Below, piece by piece: positions 59,326-64,000 of a stretch of DNA of 64,000 nucleotides (position 1 is the first letter of the stretch; each line of letters starts with the position of its first letter). Both the position numbers and the translations under genes were made by a program. The notes below the pieces were generated by a model. The model saw only the letters and a list, made by a program, of their open reading frames with translations, was not told where the DNA came from and ran no database searches. The stretch comes from a virus, in IMG/VR virus record IMGVR_UViG_3300021142_000004. One strand, given 5' to 3'.

Positions 59326-61302
59326 TTACTTAGCACCAACAATAGTTACTGGCTGATTTGTATATGATCTAGCACTATTTCTTTCAGTCAATTTCGTATT
59401 TGGATCTAAATTTCTAATTTCTATATGAACTTTTGTTTGTTCATTTTGTGGTGTGGTATTATTTGTATTTTTATTATTATTTGTATTTGTTTGTTCTTTA
59501 CCTAAATTTTCCATTGAGGTAATTTTTCCAGCGGTTTGTTTTTGAATTGTTGTGTTATTATTTTCAATACCAGAGGTAATTTTTCCAGCGGTTTGTTTTT
59601 GAATTGTTGTGTTATTATTTTCAATACCAATTGTTTCTAAAATTTTATGATACAATCCTTTTGCTCCTTCTACAACAACATCTTTTCCAACATCTTCGGC
59701 CTTATATTTATCTTTATCTGCAATTTTAGTAATGAATTGTGTTCCTGTTCTTTGTAGTTTTACTCCACCCCTACCTATTTCACTATACCTTGCTCTATTT
59801 TGACCTTCTAACCATATTGCGGTTAATATATTATTTGTTTTTGTTGTTTCATTATATTGGTCTCTAGCAATATCTTCCGGTTTTTCTTTGGCGATTTTTT
59901 GTTGTATATCAATAAATTTATCCATATTACCACCCATTTCCTCCATAGATCTAAATCCACCTTCTGCATTGTCACCAAATATTCTTTTTGCAATACCTTC
60001 GGGTATATCAAAACCAACTTTACCATCTTTCATTGTTGAAAGATTTGCAACAAATTCTTTTTGATCTTCTTTAAGGTTAGGAAACATATTTATTTTGGAC
60101 ATCGCCTCCATTCTAACAGAACCCTTTATTGCTGCACTTGTTAAATCATTCATTGAAATACCCAATGCTTGAGACATTTCTTTTGCTCTTCTTAAATTTA
60201 TACCGGTTACCTCAAATCTACCTTGTTCTGTATTATACGTGGCCAAACTTTTTGCAGCACCTAAAATTGATGTTTGTAAATCTTCAACATTGTTTGTTGC
60301 ATCGTACATCATTCTTAATGGGTCATTTAAATTACCCATTGCACCACCAATTGCTTGTAATCTTGCTGTCATATCAATTGCAGCGCTTGGGTCAAATAAT
60401 TTATCTGCGAGATCAATCGTTTTATTAAAATCAAAATTTAGTGCTTGAGCTTGTTGTACCATTTTAGAAAGTCCTTCAATACCATTTTTAAAACCAACTG
60501 CATTTAATAGTGTTACATTTTCTGTTATAGTTTGTGTGACTTTTTTTGCATTTAAACCTAAATTTACAGATTTCATACCAATATCTGTTATTGACTTAGA
60601 CGCATCATATAATGATATACCAACATCTCTATATTTTTCAGCATTTTCCAATAAATCAGTATTACTTCTCATGAAAGCTGCCGAAGCTTTAACACCCTCT
60701 TCAATTGTTTGTTTTGAATATAATGTTACTTTTCCTGAATTTTCAACCATTTTACCAAAACCATTAATAACTTCTCTACTAGACACTCCAATAGCTTGAC
60801 TTGCCGCTAATGTTGAACTTACCATTTCAACCATATCATCACCAAACTCACCAATATACCCTGTTGAACCTTTTATTTGTCCTATCAAATCAGTTTGATT
60901 TCTCGCCAAATCAATTAAAAGAGATCCACCTTTTGAAGCAATTGTTGTTACTAATCCTGTTATTAATCCAGTAATACCTTGAGCATTTTTAAAAACAGAT
61001 GAAATATCTGAAATTCCTTTTGTAAAATCACTAAACTTTACCCTTCCTGATTCATTTGATTTTGTGTCAATAAAAGCACTTGATATGCTATCTGTAAGAC
61101 TTTTCTGTACATTACCATTTGTCTTTAAATGTTTTTCAGCAATTAATTGATTTTCTTCATACGTTAATTCTGTTTTTACAGTATTATTCGGATTTGCAGC
61201 ATTATATGCCTTTTTTTGTAAAATTACTTTTTGTGTTGCATCTTCTGCATTTTTTGAACTTTTAATAATTTTTTCAATCGTTGATTTTAAATCATCTGCC
61301 AT
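59326..61302 (-). CDS. Tape measure protein
   Basis: A/G/S/K-rich helical protein directly downstream of the tail tube and chaperone genes. Confidence 0.65.
   Translation of the reverse strand: MADDLKSTIEKIIKSSKNAEDATQKVILQKKAYNAANPNNTVKTELTYEENQLIAEKHLKTNGNVQKSLTDSISSAFIDTKSNESGRVKFSDFTKGISDISSVFKNAQGITGLITGLVTTIASKGGSLLIDLARNQTDLIGQIKGSTGYIGEFGDDMVEMVSSTLAASQAIGVSSREVINGFGKMVENSGKVTLYSKQTIEEGVKASAAFMRSNTDLLENAEKYRDVGISLYDASKSITDIGMKSVNLGLNAKKVTQTITENVTLLNAVGFKNGIEGLSKMVQQAQALNFDFNKTIDLADKLFDPSAAIDMTARLQAIGGAMGNLNDPLRMMYDATNNVEDLQTSILGAAKSLATYNTEQGRFEVTGINLRRAKEMSQALGISMNDLTSAAIKGSVRMEAMSKINMFPNLKEDQKEFVANLSTMKDGKVGFDIPEGIAKRIFGDNAEGGFRSMEEMGGNMDKFIDIQQKIAKEKPEDIARDQYNETTKTNNILTAIWLEGQNRARYSEIGRGGVKLQRTGTQFITKIADKDKYKAEDVGKDVVVEGAKGLYHKILETIGIENNNTTIQKQTAGKITSGIENNNTTIQKQTAGKITSMENLGKEQTNTNNNKNTNNTTPQNEQTKVHIEIRNLDPNTKLTERNSARSYTNQPVTIVGAK
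59516..59629. repeat. Exact 57-bp tandem duplication (2 copies) in the tape measure gene
   Basis: Encodes GIENNNTTIQKQTAGKITS twice. Confidence 0.95.
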
Positions 61303-61332
61303 ATAATTTCTTTAAAAATAAATAGTTCTTAA

Positions 61333-61485
61333 TTAATTTTCATCATCCAATAATTGATTAACAATATTGGTTCTTTCATGAATTGGTATTATTAAAAAAT
61401 CATGATAAGTATAACCATGTCTTATTAAAAAATTCTGAATCGTTAATTGATATTTCTTATATTCCGTAGAAAGGACGAAAAAATT
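61333..61485 (-). CDS. Met-less +1-frame extension of the tail-assembly chaperone (frameshift product, gp51/GT-like)
   Basis: NFFVLSTEYKKYQLTIQNFLIRHGYTYHDFLIIPIHERTNIVNQLLDDEN*. The frame opens after a TAG at 61486-61488 and overlaps TTT TTT CGT. Confidence 0.7.
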   Translation of the reverse strand, partial: NFFVLSTEYKKYQLTIQNFLIRHGYTYHDFLIIPIHERTNIVNQLLDDEN

Positions 61486-62197
61486 CTACCCCAAAGTCGA
61501 CATAAACTGGGACTTTTTCTCCTGATGGGGCTATTGTTTCAACAATTAAATCTAAACCTGGTTTATTTTCATCTACAAACTTCTTGAAGTCTTGTGAATC
61601 TTTGATTGGCATAATTTGAATAAATTGATATATTGTCATTTGATTTCTATCTCCATCAATTGACTTAATCATAAATTCTAATTTCTTGGTATTAATAGGT
61701 ACAACCCCACCACCATTTCTAATTTTATCTAATTCTAATTCTTGTTTTTTATTTAAGAATTTAAACTTAACAGTTTTCTTTGATATTGGTAAATAATATT
61801 CAAATTCACCCTTTTCATCAGGAACTAAATTTAATTCCTTAGTTTTCAATACGGATACATCTAAAACAGCTTCAAAAACTTTATCTGTCTTTGGATCATT
61901 TAATTTTACTTTATATTCACTACCAAATGCAGTGTTTCTTAAAAATAATAAAATTGCTTGTTTATCTTCATCAACCAATTCTTCTAAATCTAAGTCTCTA
62001 TCTAAAACTTTTCTTTTTAGTAATTCATTTACAACAGTATCACTCTGTAATAAATTTGGTGACATTAAAATGTTTTCATCTGCTGCGGTTAGATATGCAA
62101 CTCTTACACTTTTTTTCTTATTTTCATAATGAATACCTTGTGAAGGTAACGGTACGACATCGTACATAATACTTGGGTCAATTCTTAATTCTTCCAT
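61457..62197 (-). CDS. Baseplate hub/tail assembly chaperone (gp26-like)
   Basis: VPLPSQGIHY...YLTAADENIL...LFLRNTAFGSEY...PGLDL...FGVEFFRP; located between the tail tube and tape measure genes. Confidence 0.75.
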   Translation of the reverse strand: MEELRIDPSIMYDVVPLPSQGIHYENKKKSVRVAYLTAADENILMSPNLLQSDTVVNELLKRKVLDRDLDLEELVDEDKQAILLFLRNTAFGSEYKVKLNDPKTDKVFEAVLDVSVLKTKELNLVPDEKGEFEYYLPISKKTVKFKFLNKKQELELDKIRNGGGVVPINTKKLEFMIKSIDGDRNQMTIYQFIQIMPIKDSQDFKKFVDENKPGLDLIVETIAPSGEKVPVYVDFGVEFFRPFYGI

Positions 62198-62248
62198 AAT
62201 ACATTAATTTAATTAATATATAGTTGAAAGTAAAGAATTTTGTTATAA

Positions 62249-62281
62249 ATAAAAAAATTCCCATATAAAATATGGGAATTT
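62249..62281 (-). terminator. Intrinsic terminator
   Basis: AAATTCCCATAT/ATATGGGAATTT 12-bp stem plus a T-run on the minus strand. Confidence 0.8.
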
Positions 62282-62310
62282 GTATAATTTAATAAAATAT
62301 GTATAAAAAA

Positions 62311-63216
62311 TTAAATGTCTAATTTTTCTTTTAAATCTTTTATTATATATTCAGGGTTTTCGTTTATATCTTTTTCCCAATAACGAAGTAATGTAATATT
62401 ATGATTTTTACACCATGTATTTTTTCTTTTATCGTTTGATATGTTTTTATTTTGTATTTCGTATTTTGGAATTGAAAATTTACTATTTGGATTACAATGA
62501 TAAAAATCACCATCAACTTCAATTAATATTTTTTTATTGATAAAATAAAAATCAAAAAAAGTTTTAATTTCATATATTAAATGATTATGTATATAATCAA
62601 CATCTTTTATTAAACCAAGATTATCTAAAATTTTAGAGAAAATAATTTCTAATTTAGATGTTTTAACTTTTGAATTATTTCTCATCCAAATTAATTTTCT
62701 TTTAGACGCATCAATTTTTAATTGCGGATTATTTTTATATCTCTCAATTTGAGATAATGAATTTTTAATTTTACTTTCTTCTGTTTTAGGTACACCTGAT
62801 AATTTATCAGATATTTTTTTACCTCTTACTTTATCGTTTCTTAATTTTTCTTTTATCCCTTCAATTTTTTGTTTAGTATCTTCAGTATCCTCTTCCCACC
62901 ATCTACGATACATACCTTTACTCCAATTTTCAGATTGTGTCTTAGCTGATTTAATTTTACTTTCAGGATTTTTATGAAAGTTATTATTTGATGTGGAACT
63001 ATTATGCCCGGAAATAAACTTACTAAAACCTTTATTTATAGTTAAAAATTTTGTTTTTTCACCACAACCACATTCACATTTAGGTTCTATATTATTTAAA
63101 ACAAAATCAACATAAGTCATTTTAGGACTTATACCATGAAATCTATTAGAATGATTTGAAACACCTAATAAACTATTAAACTCTTTTTTACATATCTTAC
63201 AAATAAAAATTTCCAT
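62311..63216 (-). CDS. Free-standing Vsr-like (DUF559/EDxHD) homing endonuclease with zinc fingers
   Basis: CKIC...H....H, PKCECGCG, FFDF...ILIEVDGDFYH...ND..KN...LLRYWE. Confidence 0.82.
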   Translation of the reverse strand: MEIFICKICKKEFNSLLGVSNHSNRFHGISPKMTYVDFVLNNIEPKCECGCGEKTKFLTINKGFSKFISGHNSSTSNNNFHKNPESKIKSAKTQSENWSKGMYRRWWEEDTEDTKQKIEGIKEKLRNDKVRGKKISDKLSGVPKTEESKIKNSLSQIERYKNNPQLKIDASKRKLIWMRNNSKVKTSKLEIIFSKILDNLGLIKDVDYIHNHLIYEIKTFFDFYFINKKILIEVDGDFYHCNPNSKFSIPKYEIQNKNISNDKRKNTWCKNHNITLLRYWEKDINENPEYIIKDLKEKLDI

Positions 63217-63248
63217 ATATCTACCTTTTTAGATAAATATATGGAAAT
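63209..63248 (-). promoter_or_regulatory. Start-codon-sequestering hairpin with TATTTAT
   Basis: Perfect 12-bp ATTTCCATATAT/ATATATGGAAAT stem covering the ATG at 63216; TATTTAT at 63233-63239. Confidence 0.75.
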
Positions 63249-63290
63249 AATAGTAAAATGTAAACCCGATAGATATATTTTTGTATAAAA

Positions 63291-63779
63291 CTAATAAACT
63301 AATATACATCTATCCGGACGTAAACCTACTTGAATAGTTGCAAGTTCGTCTCTTGAGTAATCTAAGTTCTGACCATCGAATCCAGTCATAAATGTACCTT
63401 GAAGTATCCATTTTTCAACTACAACACCTGTTGGATCTAACATTTCAAGTTCAATATCTTTTTTATATCCAGCAGCATAACCCATACGACCTGTTACTGA
63501 TTCCGCATGTAAACGAAACCATTCCATTAACGCTTGAGCTGCAGAAGGTCCGATTGGATCTTTGAAAGTCACTTGCATTTCTTCCCAATTAAATCTACCA
63601 GCAACAAATGTTGATGTATTGATAAAAGGTATTTCAACTGAATTAATTTTTGCTTTAGGTCTTGATGTAGACGTTACAAACCATTCATTGATTCCTAATG
63701 AACTTGGAAATCTTAATATAAATCGGTTAACTCTCTTCGGTTCATAAGGAACCGGCATTTTCATTAATAAATCTGCCAT
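63291..63779 (-). CDS. Tail tube protein (T4 gp19-like)
   Basis: YEPKRVNRF...RP...VAGRFNWEE...TF.DPI...EW...YKKDI.L.MLDP.G.VVEKW.L.G.F. Confidence 0.9.
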   Translation of the reverse strand: MADLLMKMPVPYEPKRVNRFILRFPSSLGINEWFVTSTSRPKAKINSVEIPFINTSTFVAGRFNWEEMQVTFKDPIGPSAAQALMEWFRLHAESVTGRMGYAAGYKKDIELEMLDPTGVVVEKWILQGTFMTGFDGQNLDYSRDELATIQVGLRPDRCILVY

Positions 63780-63895
63780 TTTATTTTATTGTTTTAATTC
63801 TTTTATTCTTTTTATTATAAATATGTTGATTTTTATTTTTTTTTAAAAAAGACTTTTTTATTTGAATTTTTTTATTTATATTTGCTAGGTACCCA

Positions 63896-64000
63896 GTATA
63901 TCTAGTTCTAGTATATCTAGTTCTAGTATATCTAGTTCTAGTATATCTAGTTCTAGTATATCTAGTTCTAGTATATCTAGTTCTAGTATATCTAGTTCTA
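63896..64000. repeat. Perfect 15-bp tandem repeat (GTATATCTAGTTCTA) x7, running off the window edge
   Basis: Seven identical units with no spacers; non-coding region. Confidence 0.97.

Noticed and set aside
708-63747. The many short plus-strand ORFs and nested minus-strand ORFs in the track
   Set aside because: They lie antisense to or inside well-supported genes and have no recognisable motifs; treated as shadow ORFs.
63896-64000. CRISPR array
   Set aside because: The 15-bp units are directly adjacent with no spacers, and there is no cas operon. The Cas4-like nuclease is a typical stand-alone phage exonuclease.
1-64000. Stop-codon recoding (code 15 or code 4) as seen in some large phages
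   Set aside because: Genes up to 1929 aa are open in code 11, TAG and TGA end conserved proteins at expected positions, and the splits coincide with intein or HEG features.
1-64000. tRNA or rRNA genes
   Set aside because: Intergenic gaps are short and AT-rich, and no cloverleaf or T-loop motif was noticed. A tRNAscan run would be needed to be certain.

Overview
A 64-kb AT-rich segment of a large T4-like (myovirus, jumbo-type) phage genome. The host is probably in Bacteroidota: Shine-Dalgarno motifs are absent, TAnnTTTG promoters are present and one virion protein carries an SprB-like repeat. Essentially all real genes are on the minus strand. The gene order from high to low coordinates is: tail tube, tail-assembly chaperone, tape measure and baseplate hub genes; a replication block (SSB, RecA/UvsX, 5'-3' exonuclease, DnaB, NrdB, NrdA); a solo TnpB; a baseplate/virion block; then RuvC, primase, exonuclease, SbcD/SbcC, ClpP, putative lysis genes and a sigma70. 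The most striking feature is how many essential genes are fractured. (1) NrdA is encoded in three separate ORFs joined by two different split inteins, with a free-standing homing endonuclease gene (HEG) in each gap. (2) SbcC is split inside its Walker A motif by an atypical split intein (29-aa N-piece, 124-aa C-piece). (3) SbcD is split with no intein. (4) DnaB carries a contiguous class-3 LAGLIDADG intein. (5) A GIY-YIG HEG sits between an orphaned 5' end of a virion gene and a recoded replacement of that 5' end. Also visible are a probable +1 frameshift at TTT_TTT_CGT in the tail chaperone, a recurrent TATTTAT late-promoter-like motif, start-codon-sequestering hairpins and a perfect 15-bp tandem array at the window edge. 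Protein calls come from motif recognition only; no database searches were run.
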